From positions 37,775 through 101,774 of the forward strand of contig JAYKGY010000150.1 of assembly GCA_035285545.1 (NCBI GenBank): 64,000 nucleotides of DNA. The letters are read 5' to 3'. Below, piece after piece: positions 53,834-64,000 of the stretch (its first letter is position 1; each line of letters opens with the position of its first letter). The DNA is from Snowella sp. Lineage in GTDB: Bacteria; Cyanobacteriota; Cyanobacteriia; Cyanobacteriales; Microcystaceae. Position numbers and translations under genes: made by a program. The notes under the pieces are model-generated. The model ran no database searches. It was not told where the DNA came from and saw nothing but the letters and a program-made list of their open reading frames with translations.

Positions 53834-55015
53834 TTAAACGCTGCTACTAAAGAAAATTTTTAAATAATCTTCTTCCATTTTTGCCCCAGCAGGTTTCAAG
53901 GCAGCTAAAGCTTGGGGAAGGACTAAATTGCGACGATGGTTTCCAATGCGGACATTTAATTCATCGCCTGTTTTATTCAACTGCACCTGTTCTTTAGGAA
54001 TGCCAGGTAAATAAAGTTCTAGGCTATAATTTTGCCCCTGCTGCACAATATTGATCGTGTCTTCTTTGTAATACACCTGGGACGGGTCTTCGTCGGCATA
54101 AAGGGTTTCTTTAAGTCGTTCCAATGCCGCTAAGCCACACATTTCTTCTGAATATAAGGGAACTTCTTTAATGGGTAAGGGATGGAAATTGTCGTAAATT
54201 TCCTGTTTATAAACCTGTTGATTACTCTTCCAACGCTGGAAAAACGGATCATGCACTTCTTCGGGTAAGATTCGATTGGCAATGACTAGATCTGTAGAAA
54301 CGTTATACAAGCTTAGGTAGGCGTGGGCCCGTAAGGATTCCTTAATAACCATTTTTTCGGGATTAGTGACTAAGCGAACCGAGGTTTGAGTATTATCGGT
54401 TAACACTTTCTCTAAGGCTTCAATCTGTTCATAGAATTCGTAGGGCGCATCCATCACTTCTTTATCGGGTAAAGAGAAACCAGCAATAGGCCGAAACAGA
54501 GGTTCTACCAATGGGCGTAGGGCTACCGACATACTTTGTAACGGCTTGTAAAACTTTCTCATATACCAGCCTCCCACTTCCGGCAGACTTAACAGACGTA
54601 AGGCGGTTCCTGTTGGCGCAGAGTCAATGATTAAAACCTCGTAATCGGCTTCGTCGTAGTGGCGTTTCATGCGGACTAAACCGAAAATTTCATCCATGCC
54701 AGGTAAGATGGCTAATTCTTCTGCTTGAATCCCTTCTAAACCGCGTGCTTGGAGAACTTGGGTGATATAGCGTTTGACGGCTCCCCAGTTGCCTTCGAGT
54801 TCCATTAGGGCATCTAATTCTGCGCCCCAAAGATTGGATTTGACCTCGCGGGGTTCGTGGCCTAATTCCATGTCAAAGCTGTCAGCCAAAGAATGGGCGG
54901 GATCGGTGCTGAGAACTAGCGTTTTGTAGCCTAATTCTGCACAACGAAGTCCTGTAGCTGCTGCGACGGAGGTTTTGCCGACTCCTCCTTTACCAGTCAT
55001 GAGAATTACGCGCAT
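53834..55015 (-). CDS. ArsA/Get3 (TRC40) ATPase with C-terminal alpha-crystallin-like domain
   Basis: [16 protein letters not shown] and DSAPTG motifs plus an HSP20-like tail. Confidence 0.92.
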   Translation of the reverse strand: MRVILMTGKGGVGKTSVAAATGLRCAELGYKTLVLSTDPAHSLADSFDMELGHEPREVKSNLWGAELDALMELEGNWGAVKRYITQVLQARGLEGIQAEELAILPGMDEIFGLVRMKRHYDEADYEVLIIDSAPTGTALRLLSLPEVGGWYMRKFYKPLQSMSVALRPLVEPLFRPIAGFSLPDKEVMDAPYEFYEQIEALEKVLTDNTQTSVRLVTNPEKMVIKESLRAHAYLSLYNVSTDLVIANRILPEEVHDPFFQRWKSNQQVYKQEIYDNFHPLPIKEVPLYSEEMCGLAALERLKETLYADEDPSQVYYKEDTINIVQQGQNYSLELYLPGIPKEQVQLNKTGDELNVRIGNHRRNLVLPQALAALKPAGAKMEEDYLKIFFSSSV

Positions 55016-55072
55016 GGGGTTAAGTTATCTGAGAAAAATTTACATTACTTATTTTTATTATGGGGGCTAATC

Positions 55073-55465
55073 TTAATCTTTGTAAAATTTGGCAGAAAAA
55101 TGTTGTTGCAAAACGTTCCAACGGGAGCAATTCCAATAGTCGATATGGGAACAAATTAAGTTTTTTTCATTTAATTTGAGTTCGCTACGTCCTGAGACGG
55201 CAATACGGGGTTTCCAAGGTAAGGGCGTTGTCCAGCTTAATGTCCATTGGGTATCGATGAGATCGCCGACTTGAGTAATGTCATGTAAATCCATCTGCAT
55301 ATTCTGAAACCAACGGCTCATTAAGCCAATCATGGTTTTATATTGTTTGATGCCCCGAAATTCGGTCATGGGATCTTTGAAATAAACGTTTTCGGCATAG
55401 ATTTCGTAAGTTTGGTCAACAGGAAAGCGTTGGTAATCGGCTTTGAGAATATCAATAATATTCAT
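55073..55465 (-). CDS. DUF2358 / SnoaL (NTF2-like) protein
   Basis: IYAENVYFKDP..F.G...Y and HIDYW motifs. Confidence 0.85.
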   Translation of the reverse strand: MNIIDILKADYQRFPVDQTYEIYAENVYFKDPMTEFRGIKQYKTMIGLMSRWFQNMQMDLHDITQVGDLIDTQWTLSWTTPLPWKPRIAVSGRSELKLNEKNLICSHIDYWNCSRWNVLQQHFSAKFYKD

Positions 55466-55482
55466 GTAATTGATCTAAAAAC

Positions 55483-56262
55483 TTAAATATATCGGGTTAA
55501 TTGCACACGATAGCGTTCTTTTTTAGTCACGGCAATTTCACCCACCTCCAGTCTGCCTTTTCCTCGAAAAGTAATTAAATCCCCTGATTTAACGTTATGA
55601 CTGGCTTGAGTAATTTCTTTCCAGTTCACTCGGACATCGCCCCCACTGATAGCATCGCTCATTTTACTGCGAGATAATCCAAACCCAGCAGACGCGATCG
55701 CATCTAATCGCAGAGAAGCTTCAACGGTGGTTATTTCTTTCTTCTGAGGCGGACGAACTTTAAGTTCACTCAGGTCAATGGCTTGGGTTTTAACAGGAAC
55801 CGAGCGGACTTGTACCAATGAAGTCTGGAAAAATTCCACCATTTCAGGAACAACAATAATTTGTGCGCCCCGTTCTCCCAGCGGTAAAATATCTCCCACT
55901 TTTTCTCGAACAACACCTGTATTAAGAATCGCCCCTAAAAAATCCCGATGGCTAGCTGGATCAAACAGAAAATTACCTGCAACTTCAATGGCAGCCAAGC
56001 TAATTTGGGATTGATCCAATGGCAGATCTGACCGAGCAATACCAACCCGTTGCCGTTCTGCTTGCGGATAGCCGCCCCAGGCAACCAGACTAAGTTCCGT
56101 TAAGCGACCAAAACTGCTTTGGACTTCGGCTAAGACAGGCGGCGATAAAAAGTCGGTACAAACCACTTCCCAGGTTTTTAACGCTTGTTCGGCCAAATCA
56201 ATGACTCGAACCATTTCATCTCGGTTTTCAACGCCTTTTAATAATTCTTCTCTCGGCAACAT
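55483..56262 (-). CDS. Photosystem II S4-domain (YlmH/Sll1252-like) RNA-binding protein
   Basis: GGYPQAER.R, HRDFLGA and ASLRLDAIAS.GF..SR S4 domain. Confidence 0.9.
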   Translation of the reverse strand: MLPREELLKGVENRDEMVRVIDLAEQALKTWEVVCTDFLSPPVLAEVQSSFGRLTELSLVAWGGYPQAERQRVGIARSDLPLDQSQISLAAIEVAGNFLFDPASHRDFLGAILNTGVVREKVGDILPLGERGAQIIVVPEMVEFFQTSLVQVRSVPVKTQAIDLSELKVRPPQKKEITTVEASLRLDAIASAGFGLSRSKMSDAISGGDVRVNWKEITQASHNVKSGDLITFRGKGRLEVGEIAVTKKERYRVQLTRYI

Positions 56263-56425
56263 AATTTTTCAAAAATGCTTTTATTATTAATCAAATAATT
56301 GCAATCAATTCGAGGATGCTCAATCCCTAAAGCTATTACTTTATAAGACTTTTAGGAAAATCTTGCCTTAATATTTAATTACACCTTGTGATCTCAATCA
56401 TTAACTATTCACTAATAACTATTAA

Positions 56426-56947
56426 CTAACTATAGTCACTATCGGGGGGAATGTAGGATTGTAGATATTCGGGCCTTAAGGGTTTGAGGAGTTGGGTCGC
56501 TTTGGCTTTTAAGTTTTCCGAGCCTTCCACCACGACTAAGTATTTTCCCTGTTGTAATAATTGACGATAGGCTAAGTCCTCTTTATTGCCAAAACTCAGA
56601 CCCACGCCACCGCCGACAAAATAGCTGCCCATCGCACCCCCGATCGCGCCTAAGAGACCACCTACAATATGATTACCAGGATCCCCCGCCCAGTCTAGGG
56701 TATCCAGTCCTGTGATGACATTAAAAGCATAGCCACCGATAAAGCCAAAGGGAACCAACCAGACCGCCATCAATTTTGCCCGCTTCATTCCTTCTTGTTT
56801 GCGATCGACTAAGCCCACTTCATCGGCCGTTTTGTAGCCCGATCCTACAATGGTGAGTTGCTTTGTATTAAAATTGGCTTTTTCTAAAACCGTATAGGCT
56901 TCTTCGGCTTTGATTCGGTCGGAGACAACAGCAATGAGATAGGTCAT
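56426..56947 (-). CDS. Conserved membrane hypothetical protein
   Basis: Gly-zipper-like TM pair flanked by alpha/beta segments. Confidence 0.65.
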   Translation of the reverse strand: MTYLIAVVSDRIKAEEAYTVLEKANFNTKQLTIVGSGYKTADEVGLVDRKQEGMKRAKLMAVWLVPFGFIGGYAFNVITGLDTLDWAGDPGNHIVGGLLGAIGGAMGSYFVGGGVGLSFGNKEDLAYRQLLQQGKYLVVVEGSENLKAKATQLLKPLRPEYLQSYIPPDSDYS

Positions 56948-57056
56948 GGATTTTTTAGACGTAAGTTATCGGACTTTCATAGATAAATAATCGAGATAAT
57001 GAAATTAATGAGCATTGCTAAATTTAGAGACAAACTCTTTGGTTTATTAATTGTAA

Positions 57057-57140
57057 TTGCCCCCTAAATCCCCCAATACTGGGATACTTTCGAGCATTAT
57101 AATTACTGAGTTCCCCCCAGCCTTGGGTGGGTGGCGAAAC
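57057..57140. repeat. Degenerate cyanobacterial C-rich/G-rich intergenic repeat
   Basis: CCCCTAAATCCCCCAATACTGGGATACTTT...TCCCCCCAGCCTTGGGTGG. A related degenerate element lies at about 41110-41157. Confidence 0.45.
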
Positions 57141-57310
57141 CATAGTGCAAATAGGCAATGCCAATTAAGGTAATCCCTTATTCCCATCCTACAGAATTTT
57201 GCAGCTTAGTCAGATGTTGAAAAAGAGGAGACAAACTGCCCCCCCTTCTTCGTTAGGTAAAACGTATTTGATAGGTTTTGGATAATGGCGTGTTGTAATC
57301 CAAGAATTTA

Positions 57311-57631
<321 letters not shown>

Positions 57632-58003
57632 TTAGCCTAGAGCCATCTTTGCTAAAAATACTTATAACTTTAAATTCTGTAACACTTTATGCTAAGTGAC
57701 AAATAGAATCCCTTGAGGAGACTCTATATTATCTATTTGAAACAATTTTTTTAAGTTCAGTTTAGTTAGTGCTTAAAAACGAAAATTTCCTCTCGCCTAA
57801 AAGTCGAACAAGAGTGGACAAGGGCTACAGTAGAAAGCAATTTTAAAAGTATAAGTCATTTGGGAAACCAGCGATCGCTGGATTTAGCGTGACTTAATTT
57901 GACAACACTTAATATTTAAAACTGCATTTTTGTCAATAGAATCATAAAAAAATAATTGTAAAGAAAATTAAACATATTGCTATAGCATTCACTCATATAT
58001 TTT

Positions 58004-58021
58004 GTTAAAATTTGTTACAAA
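58004..58021 (+). promoter_or_regulatory. HLR1-like (RpaB) direct repeat upstream of chlH
   Basis: GTTAAAAT-TT-GTTACAAA versus the consensus (G/T)TTACA(T/A)(T/A)-N2 repeat; one mismatch. Confidence 0.5.
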
Positions 58022-58149
58022 ATAATTTACTTTCTTTAACAAATTGTGTCAGTTCCCTCTCAAAAACCCCACTGAGAGACTTTTTTCTGATACAACCACA
58101 TAAAGACCTAAAAATTTCCCAGTGCTCAACAATAGGAGAACCGAAGTCT

Positions 58150-61100
58150 ATGTTCACTCACGTCAAGTCCACCATCCGCCGCATCGTTCCTGACGACATT
58201 AACGGGCGTTCCTTACTTAAGGTGGTCTATGTCGTGTTGGAGTCTCAGTATCAAAGTGCCTTATCGGCTGCTGTTCGGAATATCAATAGCCACAACCCTA
58301 ATTTAGCGATTCAAATTAGTGGTTATCTGATTGAGGAACTGAGAGATCCTGAGAACTACGCAGAATTTAAACGAGAGATTGCAGAAGCGAATTTATTTAT
58401 TGCTTCACTAATTTTTATTGAAGATCTAGCCGATAAGGTGGTGGATGCGGTTCAGCCCTATCGAGATCAATTGGATGCGGTAATCGTCTTCCCCTCGATG
58501 CCCCAGGTGATGCGTCTTAATAAAATGGGCACGTTCTCAATGGCTCAGTTGGGTCAATCCAAGAGCGCGATCGCGCAGTTCATGAAGAAACGGAAGGAAA
58601 ACTCAGGGGCTGGTTTCCAAGATGCCATGCTCAAATTATTGAGAACCTTACCCCAGGTGTTGAAATACTTACCGATGGATAAGGCGCAGGATGCCCGTAA
58701 CTTCATGCTCAGTTTTCAATACTGGTTAGGAGGATCTTCCGAGAATTTAGAAAATTTTCTGTTGATGTTGGCGGATAAATACGTTTTTGATAATCTCAAC
58801 CAAGGTAAGACGGTGAATTATCAAGAACCTGTCGTTTATCCTGATATGGGAATTTGGCATCCCCTTTCGATGAAGATGTTTGAGGATGTGAAATCCTATC
58901 TCACTTGGTACAATTCCCGAACCGATATTTCTGATGATCTCAAAGATCCCCTTGCTCCCTGTGTGGGTCTGATTCTGCAACGTACCCATTTAGTCACTGG
59001 AGATGATGCCCATTATGTAGCGATGGTTCAAGAATTAGAATCAATGGGCGCAAGAGTGATTCCAGTCTTTGCAGGGGGCTTAGATTTTTCCAAACCTGTT
59101 GATGAGTTTTTCTGGGATAGAACCTTAAAAGGTGTTGAATCTCTCCCCATTGTTGATGCAGTCATTTCCTTAACGGGTTTTGCTCTCGTCGGTGGCCCTG
59201 CTCGTCAGGATCATCCCAAGGCGATCGAATCTCTCAAACGCTTAAATCGTCCCTATATGTGCGCGTTGCCCCTAGTATTCCAAACGACGGAAGAGTGGGA
59301 AGAAAGTGATTTAGGTCTGCACCCCATTCAGGTTGCTCTCCAAATTGCCATTCCTGAACTGGATGGAGCTATTGAACCCATTATTTTGTCGGGTCGGGAT
59401 GCCTCCACGGGAAAAGCGATCGCATTACAGGATCGGATCGAAGCGATCGCGCAACGGGCGTTAAAATGGGTCAACCTCCGCAAGAAACCCAAATTAGATA
59501 AAAAAGTTGCTATTACGGTCTTTAGCTTCCCCCCTGATAAAGGAAACGTGGGAACCGCCGCTTATTTAGACGTATTTGGGTCGATTTATGAAGTCATGAA
59601 ATCCCTCAAAGGTAATGGCTACGATGTGGAAGATCTCCCCGATTCTGCTAAAGAATTAATGGAAGCCGTTATCCATGATGCTCAAGCCCAATACAGTAGC
59701 CCTGAATTAAATATTGCCTATCGGATGTCGGTAGAGGAATATGAACGATTAACGCCCTATTCTGTGCGCTTAGAAGAAAACTGGGGCAAACCACCAGGAC
59801 ATTTAAACAGCGATGGACAAAATTTACTGGTTTACGGCAAATCCTTCGGTAACGTCTTTATTGGCGTACAACCTACCTTTGGTTACGAAGGCGATCCCAT
59901 GCGCTTGCTGTTCTCCCGTTCTGCTAGTCCCCATCATGGCTTTGCTGCGTATTACACCTATTTAAACCAAATTTGGAAAGCCGATGCAGTTCTCCACTTT
60001 GGAACTCATGGTTCTCTAGAGTTCATGCCAGGAAAGCAAATGGGGATGTCAGGCGACTGTTACCCCGATAATCTCATCGGTAATATTCCCAACCTCTACT
60101 ACTACGCCGCCAATAACCCTTCTGAGGCAACGATCGCGAAACGTCGGAGCTATGCCGAAACCATTTCCTATTTAACGCCCCCTGCGGAAAATGCGGGACT
60201 TTATAAGGGCTTACAGGAACTGAGCGAGTTAATCGGTTCCTATCAAACCCTGAAAGATACGGGTCGCGGTGTACCGATTGTAAACACTATCATGGATAAA
60301 GCTCGGCTCTGTAACTTGGATCAGGATATTGCCTTACCCGATACAGATGCTAAAGACCTCAGCAGTGAGGAACGGGATAATATTGTCGGTTCGGTCTATC
60401 GCAAGTTGATGGAAATTGAATCGCGTTTACTGCCTTGCGGTCTGCATGTCATCGGGAAGCCACCCACTCAGGAAGAAGCCGTTGCCACGCTTGTTAACAT
60501 TGCTAACCTTGACCGCGAAGAAGATGGACTCCAATCCCTAAGCCGTATTATTGCCAGCAGCGTTGGCCGTAATATTGATGAGATCTACAAAAACAGCGAT
60601 CGCGGCATTTTAGAAGACGTTGAACTATTGCAACAAATCACCCTCGCTTGCCGTGCTGCCGTGAGTGCCTTAGTCCAAGCGCAACTGGACACAGAAGGCC
60701 GCGTTTCCATGATTACCAAGTTGAACTTCTTCAATTTAGGTAAAAAAGCCCCTTGGGTAGAAGCCTTACATAACATGGGCTACACCAAAGTCGATGCCGA
60801 TCTGCTCAAACCCCTATTTGAATATTTGGAATTCTGTTTAGAGCAAGTTTGCGCCGATAACGAATTGGGAGGATTACTTCAAGCCTTAGAAGGGGAATAC
60901 GTTCTTCCTGGCCCTGGTGGCGATCCCATCCGTAACCCCGATGTCTTACCGACGGGTAAAAATATCCACGCCCTCGATCCCCAATCCATTCCAACGGCGG
61001 CGGCGGTTCAATCGGCCAAAATTGTGGTGGATCGGCTCATTGAACGTCAAAAGCTTGATAATGGCGGAAATTATCCTGAAACCATCGCCTGTGTCCTCTG

Positions 61101-62142
61101 GGGAACGGATAACATCAAAACCTACGGGGAATCCTTGGCTCAAATCATGTGGATGGTCGGCGTTAAACCTGTGCCTGATGCCTTGGGTCGCGTCAACAAA
61201 TTAGAGTTACTTTCCCTCGAAGAATTGGGTCGTCCCCGTATCGATGTAGTCGTTAACTGTTCGGGCGTTTTCCGCGATTTGTTCATTAACCAAATGAATC
61301 TGCTAGACCAAGCCGTGAAAATGGCGGCCGAAGCAGATGAACCCATTGAAATGAACTTCGTCCGTAAACACGCCCTAGAACAAGCTGCCGAGATGGGTAT
61401 TAATGTTCGTCAGGCTGCTACGCGGATTTTCTCAAATGCGTCGGGTTCCTACTCCTCAAACATCAACTTAGCCGTTGAAAATAGCACCTGGGAAGATGAA
61501 TCGGAGTTACAGGAAATGTATCTCAAACGGAAATCTTTCGCCTTTGATTCGGATAATCCAGGCATGATGGCTGAAAGCCGTAATCTCTTTGAGCGTGCGC
61601 TGAAAACAGCCGATGCAACCTTCCAAAACCTCGATTCTTCCGAAATTAGCTTAACGGACGTTTCCCACTATTTTGACTCTGACCCGACGAAATTAGTCGC
61701 AACCCTACGGGAAGATGGTAAAAAACCTTCAGCTTACATTGCCGATACCACAACCGCCAATGCTCAGGTACGGACATTATCGGAAACCGTCCGTTTGGAT
61801 GCCCGAACCAAAATGCTCAATCCCAAGTGGTATGAAGGAATGTTGTCCCACGGTTATGAAGGCGTGCGGGAACTCTCGAAACGTCTAGTTAATACGATGG
61901 GCTGGAGTGCTACTGCGGGAGCCGTTGATAACTGGGTTTATGAGGATGTCAACACAACCTTTATTAATGATCCTGAAATGTGTAAGCGTCTAATGGATCT
62001 CAACCCCAATTCTTTCCGCAAGATGGTTGGAACGCTCTTAGAAGTCAATGGTCGCGGCTATTGGGAAACATCTCAAGAAAACTTAGACCGTTTACAGGAG
62101 TTGTATCAAGAGGTTGAAGATCGAATTGAAGGTGTTGAGTAA
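58150..62142 (+). CDS. chlH: Magnesium chelatase subunit H
   Basis: [10 protein letters not shown] start after [32 protein letters not shown] and [11 protein letters not shown] motifs. Confidence 0.98.
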   Translation: MFTHVKSTIRRIVPDDINGRSLLKVVYVVLESQYQSALSAAVRNINSHNPNLAIQISGYLIEELRDPENYAEFKREIAEANLFIASLIFIEDLADKVVDAVQPYRDQLDAVIVFPSMPQVMRLNKMGTFSMAQLGQSKSAIAQFMKKRKENSGAGFQDAMLKLLRTLPQVLKYLPMDKAQDARNFMLSFQYWLGGSSENLENFLLMLADKYVFDNLNQGKTVNYQEPVVYPDMGIWHPLSMKMFEDVKSYLTWYNSRTDISDDLKDPLAPCVGLILQRTHLVTGDDAHYVAMVQELESMGARVIPVFAGGLDFSKPVDEFFWDRTLKGVESLPIVDAVISLTGFALVGGPARQDHPKAIESLKRLNRPYMCALPLVFQTTEEWEESDLGLHPIQVALQIAIPELDGAIEPIILSGRDASTGKAIALQDRIEAIAQRALKWVNLRKKPKLDKKVAITVFSFPPDKGNVGTAAYLDVFGSIYEVMKSLKGNGYDVEDLPDSAKELMEAVIHDAQAQYSSPELNIAYRMSVEEYERLTPYSVRLEENWGKPPGHLNSDGQNLLVYGKSFGNVFIGVQPTFGYEGDPMRLLFSRSASPHHGFAAYYTYLNQIWKADAVLHFGTHGSLEFMPGKQMGMSGDCYPDNLIGNIPNLYYYAANNPSEATIAKRRSYAETISYLTPPAENAGLYKGLQELSELIGSYQTLKDTGRGVPIVNTIMDKARLCNLDQDIALPDTDAKDLSSEERDNIVGSVYRKLMEIESRLLPCGLHVIGKPPTQEEAVATLVNIANLDREEDGLQSLSRIIASSVGRNIDEIYKNSDRGILEDVELLQQITLACRAAVSALVQAQLDTEGRVSMITKLNFFNLGKKAPWVEALHNMGYTKVDADLLKPLFEYLEFCLEQVCADNELGGLLQALEGEYVLPGPGGDPIRNPDVLPTGKNIHALDPQSIPTAAAVQSAKIVVDRLIERQKLDNGGNYPETIACVLWGTDNIKTYGESLAQIMWMVGVKPVPDALGRVNKLELLSLEELGRPRIDVVVNCSGVFRDLFINQMNLLDQAVKMAAEADEPIEMNFVRKHALEQAAEMGINVRQAATRIFSNASGSYSSNINLAVENSTWEDESELQEMYLKRKSFAFDSDNPGMMAESRNLFERALKTADATFQNLDSSEISLTDVSHYFDSDPTKLVATLREDGKKPSAYIADTTTANAQVRTLSETVRLDARTKMLNPKWYEGMLSHGYEGVRELSKRLVNTMGWSATAGAVDNWVYEDVNTTFINDPEMCKRLMDLNPNSFRKMVGTLLEVNGRGYWETSQENLDRLQELYQEVEDRIEGVE

Positions 62143-62162
62143 TACCTAAAAAGATCAAATTT

Positions 62163-62198
62163 AAGGGGAGAGGGCTATTATTTTGTTTTTCTCCTCTT
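62163..62198 (+). terminator. Hairpin after chlH
   Basis: AAGGGGAGAGGGC...GTTTTTCTCCTCTT with G-U pairs, T-rich downstream. Confidence 0.45.
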
Positions 62199-62224
62199 GA
62201 ACTTTTTTTACTTTAACTTTTACA

Positions 62225-62569
62225 ATGGCTGAATTGTCCAAACAAATAATGACAACGGTTTTTGCTTTACAGCAAGAACTGCTGGTGATTCTCAATGAGG
62301 CAACGACTACGGCTTATAGAATTTTAGAAATCTATGGAGAAACAGATACAACTTTGATAGCCTTAGATGATCTTGATAATGCACGCGATCGCGCAAGAAC
62401 TTATTATGGTCGTTTAGGAACGTTATTGGAACGTATTTCTGAGGCTCAACCTGTTGCTAGTAGTGCTATGTTAGAGTTATTAAATCGCTCTATTGATGAA
62501 GCACAAGCGACGATTGCGGCGACTGAGGCAACTGTTAACGAGGAAAAAAGGAGTTTCGGTTTACTATGA
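62225..62569 (+). CDS. Helical hypothetical protein
   Basis: 114-aa ORF whose stop overlaps the next start (ATGA). Confidence 0.7.
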   Translation: MAELSKQIMTTVFALQQELLVILNEATTTAYRILEIYGETDTTLIALDDLDNARDRARTYYGRLGTLLERISEAQPVASSAMLELLNRSIDEAQATIAATEATVNEEKRSFGLL

Positions 62570-62757
62570 ACCAACAGCCATTTACCCCTGATATTGAACA
62601 GGTCAAACGGGTTTCTCTCCAATTTCAAGAAGTCTTTCAGCGCATGGATAGGGAAATTTCGGTTTTAGACAAAATGATTGCAGAATTAGATGAGCAGATT
62701 CAAGCTTCTTCTGTATCTCGTATTTCAAAGACTCAATCTTTAAAGGTAATAAATTAA
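62566..62757 (+). CDS. Small coiled-coil hypothetical protein
   Basis: 63 aa, translationally coupled to the upstream ORF. Confidence 0.55.
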   Translation: MNQQPFTPDIEQVKRVSLQFQEVFQRMDREISVLDKMIAELDEQIQASSVSRISKTQSLKVIN

Positions 62758-62778
62758 GAGAAGTCTGCAATTTAACTT

Positions 62779-62975
62779 AAAGATGAAGGAGGATATACTG
62801 CTTGTATCCCTGATTTGCCAAGTTGTATGACGCAGGGGAAAGATTAGAAGAAATTGTGATAAATATTGAAGACGCTTGTCAGCTATGGATCTATGTCGAA
62901 ACAGCTTATTTAAGTAACAAAAAAGAAATTCTTCCTCCATCAGGAAAAAATGAAACTTTTAAAAATCATGTATGA
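62779..62975 (+). pseudogene. hicB: HicB antitoxin pseudogene
   Basis: KDEGGYTACIPDLPSCMTQGKD* then, in a shifted frame, LEEIVINIEDACQLWI..ETAY....EILPPS. No start codon. Confidence 0.75.
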
Positions 62976-63008
62976 TTTTATGATTTCAAAATTGTAGTAG
63001 TGAAAAAT

Positions 63009-63803
63009 TTAAGAAATATTCTCTTGAAGCCAATCAGTTAAGCTTTTACAGTTTTCTTTTCCGTATAATGAAATTAGTTCATAATCTAGATGGTGTTTTT
63101 CAGCTTCTGAAATAGCAGCTTTGGGCATATCTTTATTACCTATTTTAATTTTTCCTCCTACTAAACTATTAGGATCGGGCTTAGTTCGTGAAATCTCACA
63201 ATATTCATCTTGATCCTGAATTGCAATTTTCCCTCCTTTTCGACCAATTTCAGTTAATCCCTTTGCTCCATCTTGCTCCATTCCTGCTAAAATCAATCCA
63301 AGCTTATTAGATACATCTGTCTTGGAAAATTGTCCCATTATTAAATCTATACAAGGCAGATATCTAATATCATCGGTAAAAAGTTCATAGTATCTCATCA
63401 AGTTAAAATTTCTAGCAAAGCATTGAATTCTTAAATTATTATTTTCTTGATGTATACCTACTTCAAATGGAGTATATTCGGAATATTCAACAGATGTAAA
63501 AAAAGTATCTGGTAAAATATAAATATATCCGCTTTGTATATTGTAGAGTGTATTAATATCATCGATAAAAAACAGTTGACAATCAGGAAAATGTTGCTCT
63601 TTAATCTCTTCTTTCCATTGATTCAACTGCTGTCTTATCAATCTCGGATAGCCAGGTTCTGAATATAAGGGAAAATATTTATGGCATGTAAAAATAACGC
63701 TTCCTTTTTCAAGAAAATTACTAGATTTCAAAGCTTCATTGATTTTTTGTGGCGTTCCTTCACTATAAGTCGAAGCCCCGATACATAATACAGTATTGAC
63801 CAT
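63009..63803 (-). CDS. Divergent stand-alone CheB-type methylesterase domain protein
   Basis: CIGAST (Ser), TCH (His), PCID, LILAGMEQDGAKGL (Asp), GGKIAIQD and MPKAA motifs. AGGAG RBS upstream. Confidence 0.7.
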   Translation of the reverse strand: MVNTVLCIGASTYSEGTPQKINEALKSSNFLEKGSVIFTCHKYFPLYSEPGYPRLIRQQLNQWKEEIKEQHFPDCQLFFIDDINTLYNIQSGYIYILPDTFFTSVEYSEYTPFEVGIHQENNNLRIQCFARNFNLMRYYELFTDDIRYLPCIDLIMGQFSKTDVSNKLGLILAGMEQDGAKGLTEIGRKGGKIAIQDQDEYCEISRTKPDPNSLVGGKIKIGNKDMPKAAISEAEKHHLDYELISLYGKENCKSLTDWLQENIS

Positions 63804-64000
63804 TTTTTCAAATTAACTCCTATACTCCAATTTAAATTATATCTAAGCTTTACTAAATTAAAATGCTAAAAATAGCTTTTAGAGCCTATCCGAAAAGTCA
63901 ATAGGAACGAAATTGGTACATTTTAGCGAACGCTAACTTCACTAGCTAGGTGGACGGTTATTTCCCTAGCAAATGCTCGGATAACTATCTCTCAAATGAG

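Noticed and set aside
53834..55015. ArsA as an arsenic-resistance partner of arsC
   Set aside because: It lies 45 kb from arsC, has a single ATPase domain with an HSP20-like tail, and matches the housekeeping cyanobacterial Get3-like type.
58747..61346. Several short alternative-frame ORFs inside chlH (similar ones occur in chlL, cobB, bioU, petD, queA and the collagen-like gene)
   Set aside because: Antisense or out-of-frame shadows of conserved genes.
63880..63899. TAGAGCCTATCCGAAAAGTC, resembling an IS/MITE terminal repeat
   Set aside because: No partner repeat or transposase is visible before the window ends, so it cannot be supported.

Overview
A chromosomal segment from a cyanobacterium. 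The HIP1 octamer GCGATCGC is very frequent, and the gene content and proteins resemble unicellular Chroococcales/Synechocystis-like taxa. Most of the window is housekeeping and photosynthesis genes: CBS-CP12, cpcF, mrp/apbC, chlL, chlN, prs, bioD, mazG, cax, moaC, cobT, cobB, an SLH-OprB porin, cysK, folP, argS, an OmpR/HK pair, bioU, btpA, glgC, petBD, queA, argB, ndhM, a Get3/ArsA ATPase, psaC and chlH, plus tRNA-Lys(CTT) and tRNA-Asn(GTT). Small accessory islands sit beside the chlorophyll genes. (i) Between chlL and chlN: a translationally coupled pair of DUF4365-like PD-(D/E)XK nucleases, a MITE-like relic and an AT-rich membrane protein. (ii) After chlN: a decayed vapBC-like module and the best candidate for a new system, a signal-peptide-bearing Tne2/Tse6/TNT-like NAD(P)+ glycohydrolase toxin followed by a Tsi6-like immunity gene. 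(iii) After chlH: a coupled hypothetical pair, a hicB pseudogene and a divergent stand-alone CheB-like esterase. I also found several sub-60-aa ORFs absent from the ORF track and two structured RNA candidates. All family calls come from motif recognition by eye; no database searches were run.
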